In this document: positions 55,166-63,395 of the stretch, one piece after another
Layout: each line of letters begins with the position of its first letter
Numbering within the stretch: the stretch's first letter is position 1
Virus record (IMG/VR): IMGVR_UViG_3300043411_002995
Location: 32,001 to 96,000 of that record
Strand: one strand, 5' to 3'
DNA: 64,000 nt
Origin: a virus
Translations under genes and position numbers: made by a program
Notes under the pieces: model-generated
What the model saw: only the letters and a program-made list of their open reading frames with translations
The model's database searches: none
What the model was told of the DNA's origin: nothing

Positions 55166-55550
55166 AGCGTGCCTCCTCGGCCCGTAGGTCGGCCGCGATG
55201 ACCCGCAGGGTCTCCTGCGCAGCGTCGATCTCCTTCTGGCGCTCGGCGAGCACCAGGCTGTCCTTGGCGATCTGGGCGTGCATGGTGGCCTGGTCGGCCT
55301 GGATGCGCGCCTTCTCCTTCTCGTGGCGCAGCATCGCGAGCTCGCGGTTCCGCCGCCACGAGACCCAGGCCCAGATGGCGGCGGCCGCGAGCACCACCGC
55401 GAGGATGATGATCGTCCCCAGCCACGACTTGCTGCCGCCGCCCGCCGCCGCGGGTTGCTGGTTGCGCTTGATGACCGCCTCGAGCTTCGAGAGGATCTCG
55501 GCCGGGTCGAGGGGCGGCTTCGCGACGCCCGTCGTGTCCTGGTCAGGCAT
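55101..55550 (-). CDS. Inner-membrane spanin-like protein
   Basis: N-terminal transmembrane helix then coiled coil; follows the holin-like gene. Confidence 0.55.
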   Translation of the reverse strand: MPDQDTTGVAKPPLDPAEILSKLEAVIKRNQQPAAAGGGSKSWLGTIIILAVVLAAAAIWAWVSWRRNRELAMLRHEKEKARIQADQATMHAQIAKDSLVLAERQKEIDAAQETLRVIAADLRAEEARYEADRRAIDRIRSWDDVPGTR

Positions 55551-56139
55551 GCGTCAGACCTTCTCGGGCGCCGCGGAGGCCTTCGACGCGCAGCTTGAAG
55601 AGCTCGGCCTCGATGAGGCCCTCGAGGCGGCCGCGGGCGAGCTCGGGCAGCCCCTGGGACACGGCCATGTCGGTGGCCCAGTTGACGGCGACATCGAGCA
55701 CCTCGGGACCCGGGACCTTCTTGTCGTCCGTCAGCTCCTTGGCCTTCTTGCGCGCCCACTCGGCGCCGCGCAGCGCGGCCTGGCGCGCCAACGACTTCCA
55801 CTGCTCGGTCGTCTTGTCGGAGACGTCGAGGTGCAGCTTCTGCTTCGCCTTGTTGAGGAGCAGTCCGACGAGGCCAGCGATGAAGGTCGCGAACACGGGG
55901 ATCAGCACGGCCAGCAGCTGGTCGCTCAGATTCTGGAGCCCCGTCTTGGCCGCCGGCGTCGGGGCGACCGTGGCGGGGGGCGTGGTGACCGCGATGGGTG
56001 CCGGAGCGGCTGGCTCCGTCACGGCGGCAACACCGCCATCGTCCGCCACTGCCGGCGCCGGCGCGCCGGCCAGGCAGCACAGGACCAGCAGGCTACCCAG
56101 CAGGCGCGATACGGCGGCGGTCTTCTTCGTCATCTTCAT
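55543..56139 (-). CDS. Holin-like membrane protein (LL-H-like architecture)
   Basis: Hydrophobic N-terminus and LLAVLIPVFATFIAGLVGLLL helix; C-terminal LEGLIEAEL. Confidence 0.55.
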   Translation of the reverse strand: MKMTKKTAAVSRLLGSLLVLCCLAGAPAPAVADDGGVAAVTEPAAPAPIAVTTPPATVAPTPAAKTGLQNLSDQLLAVLIPVFATFIAGLVGLLLNKAKQKLHLDVSDKTTEQWKSLARQAALRGAEWARKKAKELTDDKKVPGPEVLDVAVNWATDMAVSQGLPELARGRLEGLIEAELFKLRVEGLRGAREGLTHA

Positions 56140-56437
56140 CGGAGTCTCCTCTGGTACGGGAAGGGGTCTTGGCCCAGTAGTGAACGAGGAGGATGATCTC
56201 CTCGGTCGTCGTGCTGATGTTGCTCCCGCCCTCCATCGTCTCGGTGATGGTCTTCTTGCGAGAGTACTCCTTGATCATGTCGACCTTGATCCCTTCGGAG
56301 AGGTCGTTCATCCGGTTGCGGAGCTCCGCGTAGGCCTCGCGATCCCCCTGCTCGAAGAGGTTGAACTCCTCGCAGTAGAACGTCCCGAGGTTGCGCCCGC
56401 CGACGCCGCCGAAGTTGACGGGGGTAGCCTTCGCCAT
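56093..56437 (-). CDS. Hypothetical protein
   Basis: TGATG overlap with the portal stop. Confidence 0.6.
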   Translation of the reverse strand: MAKATPVNFGGVGGRNLGTFYCEEFNLFEQGDREAYAELRNRMNDLSEGIKVDMIKEYSRKKTITETMEGGSNISTTTEEIILLVHYWAKTPSRTRGDSDEDDEEDRRRIAPAG

Positions 56438-58470
56438 CAGATCGGCCCTCCGTCACGCCGCGGAGGCGCCGCCTGGGGCAGTGGCTTCTGCTGGTCGGCG
56501 ACGTCGCCGGCGGTGGCGCCGGGCGCCATCTGGGACAGGAGCTGCTCGACCAGGCGGGCCATGTTGGGCATCTTCGCGCGCAGCTCGTTGAGGACCTGGA
56601 CGCGCTGGCCCTGGTCCATCTTGGAGATCTTGTTGGCCCACTGCTTGGCGACCCGGGCCGCATCGAGCTGCACGACCTGGCCGCCCTGGCCGCCCACGTC
56701 CGTCCCGCCGGCTTGAGTCCCCGCCTCGCCGGCGACGGCCGCCTGCTGCTGGGATGCCTGTTGCTGGGCCGCCTGCTGCGCCATCTGCTGGTCCTGGGCC
56801 ATCTGCTCGGGCCCTGCGGCAGGCGCCGGCGCGCCGCCCATGGCCGGGTCCTGGGCCTGCCCTGGAGGCAACGCGCCCTGAGGCCCGGCGTTGCCCTGCT
56901 GCTCGTTCTGGGCCTGCCCCTCCATGCCCGGCTGTCCGCCGGCGGACGCGCCCTGGGCCTCCGCGAAGGCTTCCTGGGCGCGGGCCTGGTAGCGGGCCTG
57001 GACGATCGACGACTCTCCCTGGGCCTCGGTCTGGGCCTTCATGGTGATCGCCTGGATGCGGTTCCGCTGCTCCGCCTCCTTCTCGATCATGTTGAGCTCG
57101 TCGTCGTAGTCGAACCCGAGCTCGGTGAGCATCGTGTGGTCCGAGATCTTGTTGGCAGCGTTCAGCTGGATGACGATCTGCTTGCGCTGGATGTCGTCCG
57201 CCATCTTGAACTCGGTGAACCCGATGACGACATCGGGCATCCCGAGGTAGAGGCGCACGCGGTTCTTCGCCCAGTTGACGAAGCGCAGCAGCAGCCGGCG
57301 GTACAAGAGGAAGTGGTTCTCGAGGGTGCGCAGCGAGACGGAGCTGCCCGACCACGAGAGGCCGCCGAAGACGAACTCGAGCGGCACGCCCATGCCGCCG
57401 GTGATCTCCTTGTTCGTCACCTCGATCTCGGGCCCAAGGAGTAGGGCCCGGCCGTCGCCGCCCAAGCGCTCGAACCCGAGCGGTACAGCGACGACCGAGA
57501 CGTAGTTCGGGTCGATGCGCCACTTGCGGATCTCCTCCTGCACCGTGCCCTGCCACGTGGACAGGTTGACGTGCTGGTAGGGGTCCTGCTGGGCGTTCGC
57601 CTGGGGGAAGATGAACTCGAGCGGGAGGATGCGCTGCAGCGCGATCGCCTCCTGCGCGCGGCGCAGGACGTAGAGGTAGAACATCCGCCCCATCGAGTGG
57701 ATGATCAGCGGCTTGCCCCACCCCATGTCCTGCTCGGCCAAGGTCGGGCGCTTGAAGTGGAAGAGGTTCTGGTCCGAGAGCGCGACGTCGCGGCTCAGCT
57801 TCAGCGCCAACAGGAAGACCGCGGGGATGTCGACCAAGATCTCGCGCGACCCTTCCTGGATCGCCTTGCGGATCTTGTTCGGGATCTTGTAGCGGTACTT
57901 CGACCGCCCCGTGATCGGGTTGTAGTGGATGTCGATGTTCTTCGGGTCCCACCGAACGAAGTTGATGCCGGTCCGGTCCTTGATCGGCCTGTCGACGATC
58001 TCCCCGACGACCTCGGCGCGGCAGGCCTGGCAACCGTAGTGGAACTGGAAGTTGCGGAACTTGTAGCTGAACGACTCGTCGGAGAGTCGAGCCATCGACT
58101 TGCAGGCTGGGCAGCGCAGCCACCGCACGAACGGCAGGTTCATCGAGATGAACGCGTTGCCGTAGCAGAAGTAGTCGAGGCCGATCTCGATCAGGAAGGG
58201 CTTGAGGTTGAGCTCGTCCTCGAGGAGGGTCTTCCACCCGTCACGGACGTGCTTCTCGTCGGCGTTGTAGACGAAGTCCGTGACCGGGTACTCGGCGATC
58301 TTGGTGACCACCGACCCGATCATCGGGTCCTTGTAGAAGAAGTACTGGCACCACCGGAAGAGCTCCTTCACGGTCGGCGGCATGTACGTCTGCGCGATGT
58401 CGAAGAACGGGGACGGGTACACCGTCCCCCGTCGCCGATCGAGTCGCCCTTGGAACATGCCGTCGGACAT
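56437..58470 (-). CDS. Portal protein with Q/A/G-rich C-terminal extension
   Basis: LDYFCYGNAF, FHFKR, GWGKPLI, GMGVPLEFVFG, LTELGFD pattern. Confidence 0.8.
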   Translation of the reverse strand: MSDGMFQGRLDRRRGTVYPSPFFDIAQTYMPPTVKELFRWCQYFFYKDPMIGSVVTKIAEYPVTDFVYNADEKHVRDGWKTLLEDELNLKPFLIEIGLDYFCYGNAFISMNLPFVRWLRCPACKSMARLSDESFSYKFRNFQFHYGCQACRAEVVGEIVDRPIKDRTGINFVRWDPKNIDIHYNPITGRSKYRYKIPNKIRKAIQEGSREILVDIPAVFLLALKLSRDVALSDQNLFHFKRPTLAEQDMGWGKPLIIHSMGRMFYLYVLRRAQEAIALQRILPLEFIFPQANAQQDPYQHVNLSTWQGTVQEEIRKWRIDPNYVSVVAVPLGFERLGGDGRALLLGPEIEVTNKEITGGMGVPLEFVFGGLSWSGSSVSLRTLENHFLLYRRLLLRFVNWAKNRVRLYLGMPDVVIGFTEFKMADDIQRKQIVIQLNAANKISDHTMLTELGFDYDDELNMIEKEAEQRNRIQAITMKAQTEAQGESSIVQARYQARAQEAFAEAQGASAGGQPGMEGQAQNEQQGNAGPQGALPPGQAQDPAMGGAPAPAAGPEQMAQDQQMAQQAAQQQASQQQAAVAGEAGTQAGGTDVGGQGGQVVQLDAARVAKQWANKISKMDQGQRVQVLNELRAKMPNMARLVEQLLSQMAPGATAGDVADQQKPLPQAAPPRRDGGPI

Positions 58471-58484
58471 GGTGGCCTACCGGC

Positions 58485-59813
58485 TCAGATGATGCCTTCG
58501 CCGCCGGTGACCGCGCCCTTGCCGGTGACCATGCGGTAGCCCGCGGCGCCGAGCGCGCCGGCACGGATGAGCGCGCCCTTCTCCTGCGGGCTCAGCGAGC
58601 CCCAGCCGTTGTTCGTCCACTTCTTGAACGAGTCCATCGCCTTGACCTCGCCCGGAGGATCCGCCGGCGGTTTGGGGCCGTCGGCGTCGACCTTGGCCTT
58701 CGGCGAGATGTCCGGCGCGGGACCGTCGGTCCCCGTCCCCTTGCCGCCCTGAACGACTGCCAGCTCGGGCTTGCCACGATCGGCCTTGGGCGAGGCCGCG
58801 TCGGCCGCATCGGCGGTCGCCTTGGCACGCTCGCCCTCGGCCTTGACGACCTTCGCCTCGCCGAGCTGCGCCGGGGGCGGCGTCGGGGCCTTGGTCGCGT
58901 TGGCGGGACTGCCCGCCGCGGCGTTGCCGCGCGCCACCGACGTGTTCGCCGGCGCGGCCGGGGCATCGTCCCAGCCAGCGTCGATCTTCTTCATCGTGGT
59001 GTCGCGCTTGTCGATCGCCCGCCGCGCCTTCTCCTGGGCCACCGCGACGTTCTTCTGCGCGGCCGGCAAGGCACCCTTCGCGGCCGCGCCGCGGAGGCCG
59101 GCCGCCTGGGTCGCGGCCTGGACCCGCGCGAGTTCGGCCCGCGCCTTGTCGGGCGCGTTGATCGTGCGCAGGTGGCGAGCCTCGCGAGCCTTGGTACCGA
59201 CGAAGGGGGCGTTCTTGGCGACGCTGCGGCCCGCGGCCGCCACGGGCTTCGCAGCCGCCCGCGCCGCACCTGCGACGGGCTTCGCAACCGCCCGCGCCGC
59301 GCCGCCACCGAGGTGGCGTGCCACGCCCTTGAGGGCGCCGAAGCCGCCGCGGATGGCGCCGATCAGCGCCTCCTTCTCCATCATGGCCATGGAGACGAGG
59401 TCGTGGCCCACCTTGGCCAGCTCGGCCTCGACCACCGGATGCAGGTCCGGGGGGACCTCGCTGCAGAGCGAGGCGAACATCGCCTCGAGGTCGCCCTGGA
59501 TCGCTGCCGCCGCGACCTTGTCGAACACCTCGCCGAACTCCTCCGGGCTCAGGTCGACCTGGTTGAGGATCTGGTCGATGTAGACGTCGGCGCGCTTCTG
59601 CATGCCGGCGTTGGCGCCGCGCATCCCGACCGATCGAAGGATCTCGATGTCACGGTCCAGTCGCCGCGCCACCTTCTCGAACGGGGTGGCCGCGGCTGCG
59701 GTCTTCGCCATCGGCGCCGGCGCGCGCGGCTTCACGCCGGCCTCGGCGTTCGCCAGCTTCTGGAAGAAGGCGTTGCTGGACTCGGCGGTGAGGTAGGAGA
59801 AGTGGTCGCGCAT
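58485..59813 (-). CDS. K-x-A-rich putative head protein
   Basis: MRDHFSYL; KLA, KTA, KVA, KRA, KVA, KVG, KEA, then basic Ala-rich C-half. Confidence 0.72.
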   Translation of the reverse strand: MRDHFSYLTAESSNAFFQKLANAEAGVKPRAPAPMAKTAAAATPFEKVARRLDRDIEILRSVGMRGANAGMQKRADVYIDQILNQVDLSPEEFGEVFDKVAAAAIQGDLEAMFASLCSEVPPDLHPVVEAELAKVGHDLVSMAMMEKEALIGAIRGGFGALKGVARHLGGGAARAVAKPVAGAARAAAKPVAAAGRSVAKNAPFVGTKAREARHLRTINAPDKARAELARVQAATQAAGLRGAAAKGALPAAQKNVAVAQEKARRAIDKRDTTMKKIDAGWDDAPAAPANTSVARGNAAAGSPANATKAPTPPPAQLGEAKVVKAEGERAKATADAADAASPKADRGKPELAVVQGGKGTGTDGPAPDISPKAKVDADGPKPPADPPGEVKAMDSFKKWTNNGWGSLSPQEKGALIRAGALGAAGYRMVTGKGAVTGGEGII

Positions 59814-59815
59814 GG

Positions 59816-60016
59816 TCAGCCTCCGGCGGCCCAGGCCGGGCCGCGGCCGCGGCCGCGCGCAGGGTCGAAGCCGTCTTCGACTACCTGGGCGAGTTCGCGT
59901 TCGAAGTCCTGGCGGGTCTTGTCCATGAACTCTCTGCGGAACTCGGAGATCGTGGCCGCCAGTTCTCTGGCTGCCTCGACTTCCGAGGGCGGGGTCGGGT
60001 CGTCAGACTGCATCAT
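59816..60016 (-). CDS. Small hypothetical protein
   Basis: ATGA overlap with upstream stop. Confidence 0.5.
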   Translation of the reverse strand: MMQSDDPTPPSEVEAARELAATISEFRREFMDKTRQDFERELAQVVEDGFDPARGRGRGPAWAAGG

Positions 60017-61053
60017 GGCACAGGAGGCGCAACCGTTGAAGCGCCGGCCGGGGCTCCGGGCACCGCCTGGCGTAGCACGCCGCGCTCGTCCAGGTACGCC
60101 TTGACCACCACGAGCTTCAGCAGGTGGATGTCCAGCGGGTGATCCGGTCGCCATTCGATCGTGGTTGGGTCGACGTCCTTGATCCGCTCCCACGCCGCGG
60201 CGACGTCCATGCGGAAGCCGACGGTCCACTTCTTCCGGTCGAGGAGCCCCTGCACCGGCCCGAAGAACTCCTCGGGAGCGTAGACCCAGCCGTGGTCCTC
60301 GAGGATCGCCCCGATGTACGCGATGACCTCGGCGTCGAACTCCTCATCGGCGCGGATCGCGCGGAGGATGGACACGGCGAACGCCGTCTGCGCAGGGCTC
60401 ATCGGCTGGAAGGCACCGATGATCGGGACGATGTCGTTCCAGGCCAGGCCGCTGTCCTCGAAGATGTCCCAGTCCAGCCACGGCATGTCGCTTGTCACGG
60501 CGACCCGCAGGGCCATGATCTTGTTGCGGGTCAGGTCTCCGACCGGGCCGAAGTCCTTGCGCAGTGCCCACCACAGCGTGGCGGGCTCCCAGTCGGCCCA
60601 GGCGGTGCGATAGCGCATCGTGAGGGTGTCGAGCAGCTGCAGCGGGTGGGCGCGCTTGTCGGTGAAGATCCGCCCGTGCGTCCGGCGGGATGGCAGCGCC
60701 GGCTCGGGCGCCGGCTCTTCGCCCTCCTCGAGCTCGGGCTCAGCGTCCGCGCGATCGAACCCGTCCACTTCCATGGCCGCCGATGGGGCGACGGCCTCGA
60801 GGCCATCGTCCTGGGCATCCTGGGCCTCCTGGACCTCCTGGGGCTCTTGGGCTGTGTCTGCCACCGCCGGCGCCGTGGTGGCCGCCGGCGCCTGCCGCTC
60901 GAGCTCCTTCAGGATCGATGGCGAAACGGTCGGCAGGTCCAGCGCCTCGGCCACGCCGGGGTCAAGGTCGACGGCGGTCTTCGCCAGTGGGCCGCGCCCC
61001 ATGACCGTGGCGAAGAAGCTCTGCTCCGCCGAGTTGGGGATGTGCCGGGTCAA
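60013..61053 (-). CDS. Hypothetical virion-module protein
   Basis: AKTA near the N-terminus, acidic linker, Trp-rich globular domain. Confidence 0.7.
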   Translation of the reverse strand: MTRHIPNSAEQSFFATVMGRGPLAKTAVDLDPGVAEALDLPTVSPSILKELERQAPAATTAPAVADTAQEPQEVQEAQDAQDDGLEAVAPSAAMEVDGFDRADAEPELEEGEEPAPEPALPSRRTHGRIFTDKRAHPLQLLDTLTMRYRTAWADWEPATLWWALRKDFGPVGDLTRNKIMALRVAVTSDMPWLDWDIFEDSGLAWNDIVPIIGAFQPMSPAQTAFAVSILRAIRADEEFDAEVIAYIGAILEDHGWVYAPEEFFGPVQGLLDRKKWTVGFRMDVAAAWERIKDVDPTTIEWRPDHPLDIHLLKLVVVKAYLDERGVLRQAVPGAPAGASTVAPPVP

Positions 61054-61054
61054 G

Positions 61055-62200
61055 CTACGCCTCGCCGGAGATGACCTGCTTGATCAGCGCCTTCTCGGGG
61101 GCCGGGAGCGACTCGTAGATCTCGACCGGGTTGGCCGCGAACTGGCTGGCGAAGCTCGACCCCATGTAGCCGGCGATCTTCTTCTGGACAGCCTCCTTGC
61201 GCAGGTCGGCCTCGGTGATCGTCATCCCGTCGACCTCGTCGGACCACCCCTCGGCGACCTTGCCCATGGTGCTGGCATAAGGGTCGCTGAGCCCCCGATC
61301 GTAGTACCGCGACAGCCCGGTCGCGGCGTCGATGGCCTGGAGGGCTGCTGCAGCGTCCTCCGGGCTGGTCTCCCCCAGGGAGGCCGCCAGCTTGTCGAGG
61401 ACCGACCGAGCGTCCTGGTTGCGAGGAAGGAGGGACTTGCGCTGCTCGATGTGGGCCAGCACGTGGCGGTTCCAGCCCGGCGACGCCCACTTCTCGAGGA
61501 GGTCGTGACCGGAGACGTCCACCTCGAGCTCGGCCGCGCGGGCCTGCACGTTGCGCGCGAACTGGTGACGGTGCGGAGGCGAGAGGTCCATGGCGTACTT
61601 GTCGAAATACTCGGCCGCCACCTTCACGTACTCGGCCGTCGGCATCGCGTACTTGCGCAGGATGGTCCCGTCCTCCGAGCGCACCACGAGCCCCCAGTGC
61701 TCGTTGGGCAGGTTGACGAAGGCCTCGATCTCCGCGGCCTGGGCCTGCTTCTCGATGAACTCGCGCTCGGCGAGCTTGCGCAGCATCCACCCAGTCTCCG
61801 ATCCCTCGACGAAGGTGTTGCTCGTCGCCTCGTCATCACCCACCCGCGCCGCGTACGCGGCCACCATCTTCGAGTTCGGCACCCCGTACGCGTCGCATGC
61901 GGTCTTGATGAACTTGGCGGCGATGAACCTCGCCGGCCAGGCCAGCTTCTCGTGCGTCGCCTGGAAGTACTGGGCGCTCAACCAGGCGTTGCCCGGGTCG
62001 TTCACCGGGTAGCGCCGCATCACCGCCGCGCGCTTGGTCAGGACGATCAAGCCGAAGTCGGTGTCCGGCAACGCGGCGTGCTGGTCCGCCGTCAAGACCG
62101 TGGTCTGCGCGCGCGCGATCGCGGCAGGCATGGCGATCTTGCTCATCAACTCGTGCTTGCTGTCGTCGTAGAAGTCGAGGACCGCGGCTGCGATGGTCAT
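61055..62200 (-). CDS. K-x-A-rich putative head protein with internal duplication
   Basis: Two copies of LP..(D/H)(F/W)GL.V....R(R/K)Y......(S/A)A.YF; KIA, KLA, KQA, KVA, KWA, KEA. Confidence 0.72.
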   Translation of the reverse strand: MTIAAAVLDFYDDSKHELMSKIAMPAAIARAQTTVLTADQHAALPDTDFGLIVLTKRAAVMRRYPVNDPGNAWLSAQYFQATHEKLAWPARFIAAKFIKTACDAYGVPNSKMVAAYAARVGDDEATSNTFVEGSETGWMLRKLAEREFIEKQAQAAEIEAFVNLPNEHWGLVVRSEDGTILRKYAMPTAEYVKVAAEYFDKYAMDLSPPHRHQFARNVQARAAELEVDVSGHDLLEKWASPGWNRHVLAHIEQRKSLLPRNQDARSVLDKLAASLGETSPEDAAAALQAIDAATGLSRYYDRGLSDPYASTMGKVAEGWSDEVDGMTITEADLRKEAVQKKIAGYMGSSFASQFAANPVEIYESLPAPEKALIKQVISGEA

Positions 62201-62228
62201 TCTGATCGCCTTTCCCTGCGCAGCAGGA

Positions 62229-62258
62229 ACGGTATCACGCGCCTCGAAGGGGGGTCAA
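62229..62258 (-). promoter_or_regulatory. Sigma70-type promoter for the portal operon
   Basis: TTGACC-N18-TACCGT with extended TG. Confidence 0.68.
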
Positions 62259-62284
62259 CGCAGGGGAACCACTCGACCTTTCCA

Positions 62285-62302
62285 GGCATAAGAACCTTGA
62301 AC
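62285..62302 (+). promoter_or_regulatory. Candidate phage-RNAP promoter motif, copy 8
   Basis: GGCATAAG-N6-GAAC. Confidence 0.65.
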
Positions 62303-62390
62303 GAGGAGCAATACCTCGATCACCTCCGTCGATGGTGCGCCACCACCGCCGGAGTTTCTTCAACGGCGCAGATACAGGGAGCCACCCATC

Positions 62391-62732
62391 ATGACCACCG
62401 CCGCCAACACCGCCGCCAAGTCCGAGTCCGCCACCCCCGTCGTCGAGAAGCCCGGGCTGTTCAGCCGCGTCGGTTCCTCGCTCACCGACTTCCAGACCAA
62501 CGTCACGGTCGCCAACCCCTTCCTCGGCACTGCCGCCGGGGTCGCCCTCTACTCCGGGGTCGCCGCTGTCGCGGCGCCCCTGGCCAAGAAGGCGATCTCC
62601 GGCGCGCAGAGCCTGTTCGGGCGCGGCGCCAAGACGGCGGTCGAGGAGGCGAGCAAGGAAGCCGCGCAGGAGCAGGCCGCGAACTTCGCGAGCGGCGGGG
62701 GCAGCATCCTCGGCCTCTTCGGCCGCAAGTAG
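62391..62732 (+). CDS. Small Ala/Gly-rich membrane-associated protein
   Basis: GGGAG RBS; FLGTAAGVALYSGVAAVAAPL. Confidence 0.7.
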   Translation: MTTAANTAAKSESATPVVEKPGLFSRVGSSLTDFQTNVTVANPFLGTAAGVALYSGVAAVAAPLAKKAISGAQSLFGRGAKTAVEEASKEAAQEQAANFASGGGSILGLFGRK

Positions 62733-62741
62733 CGCCACCGT

Positions 62742-62789
62742 CACCCCCGCCCGCAAGGGCGGGGGTGGTCTCACCCGTTTCTCTTAGCC
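62742..62789 (+). terminator. 11-bp hairpin with GCAA loop, then TTTCTCTTAGCC
   Basis: CACCCCCGCCC-GCAA-GGGCGGGGGTG. Confidence 0.7.
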
Positions 62790-62790
62790 T

Positions 62791-63081
62791 TCAGATCAGC
62801 GTCGTGAAGTCGACGGTGACCTGGGCGGGGACGAGGATCTCCTTGCGGAGGTTGATCGTCGGGATCTCGAGCAGCACCGTGGCGCCCTGGATGAGATCGA
62901 TCCCGAAGCTCCCGTCGTCCTCGCTGAACGCCTCGATCGGATCCGAGACAACGCCCTTCGTGCCCGCGACCTGGCCGCCCTGGTCCTGCTGCGTCGACTT
63001 GATCGTGGCCTTCACCAGCTGGTTCGCCAGCGGGGTCTCGTCGGCCTTGCAGATGGTGCCGGTCACGGTACAGATCGCCAT
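62791..63081 (-). CDS. Small beta-sandwich (prealbumin/Ig-like) protein
   Basis: AAGGAGG RBS; CTVTGTI...SEDDGSFGIDL. Confidence 0.65.
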   Translation of the reverse strand: MAICTVTGTICKADETPLANQLVKATIKSTQQDQGGQVAGTKGVVSDPIEAFSEDDGSFGIDLIQGATVLLEIPTINLRKEILVPAQVTVDFTTLI

Positions 63082-63083
63082 GG

Positions 63084-63392
63084 CTACTGGGCCTCCTTCT
63101 TGCGCTGGTCAGGGAACCGGAGCTTCGAGCGGTGGAAGGCGTAGTGCGCGCAGAGCGCCGTCAGGATCGACGCGCCGGCCGTCGAGTAGACGACCAGGTC
63201 GACGTCGGCGGCGCCGGTGATCAGCCAGATCCCAGCGATCGCCCACCACATGATGAGCAAGATCGCCGCCGCCAGCGCGAGGCTCACCGGGTTGCTGCGA
63301 CGGCGCCACTGCGCCAGGAAGTTGCGGAGGATCGGGGCCCAGAGCAGCACGCTGATCCCGGCGACCACGCCGTAGTAGTAGGAGTTCGACAT
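63084..63392 (-). CDS. Three-transmembrane membrane protein
   Basis: Three hydrophobic helices, basic C-terminus. Confidence 0.65.
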   Translation of the reverse strand: MSNSYYYGVVAGISVLLWAPILRNFLAQWRRRSNPVSLALAAAILLIMWWAIAGIWLITGAADVDLVVYSTAGASILTALCAHYAFHRSKLRFPDQRKKEAQ

Positions 63393-63395
63393 GGG

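Noticed and set aside
61274-61281. Ninth GGCATAAG
   Set aside because: Lies inside a - strand gene, lacks the downstream GAA(G/C) and has no + strand gene to drive; could be chance or an antisense start.
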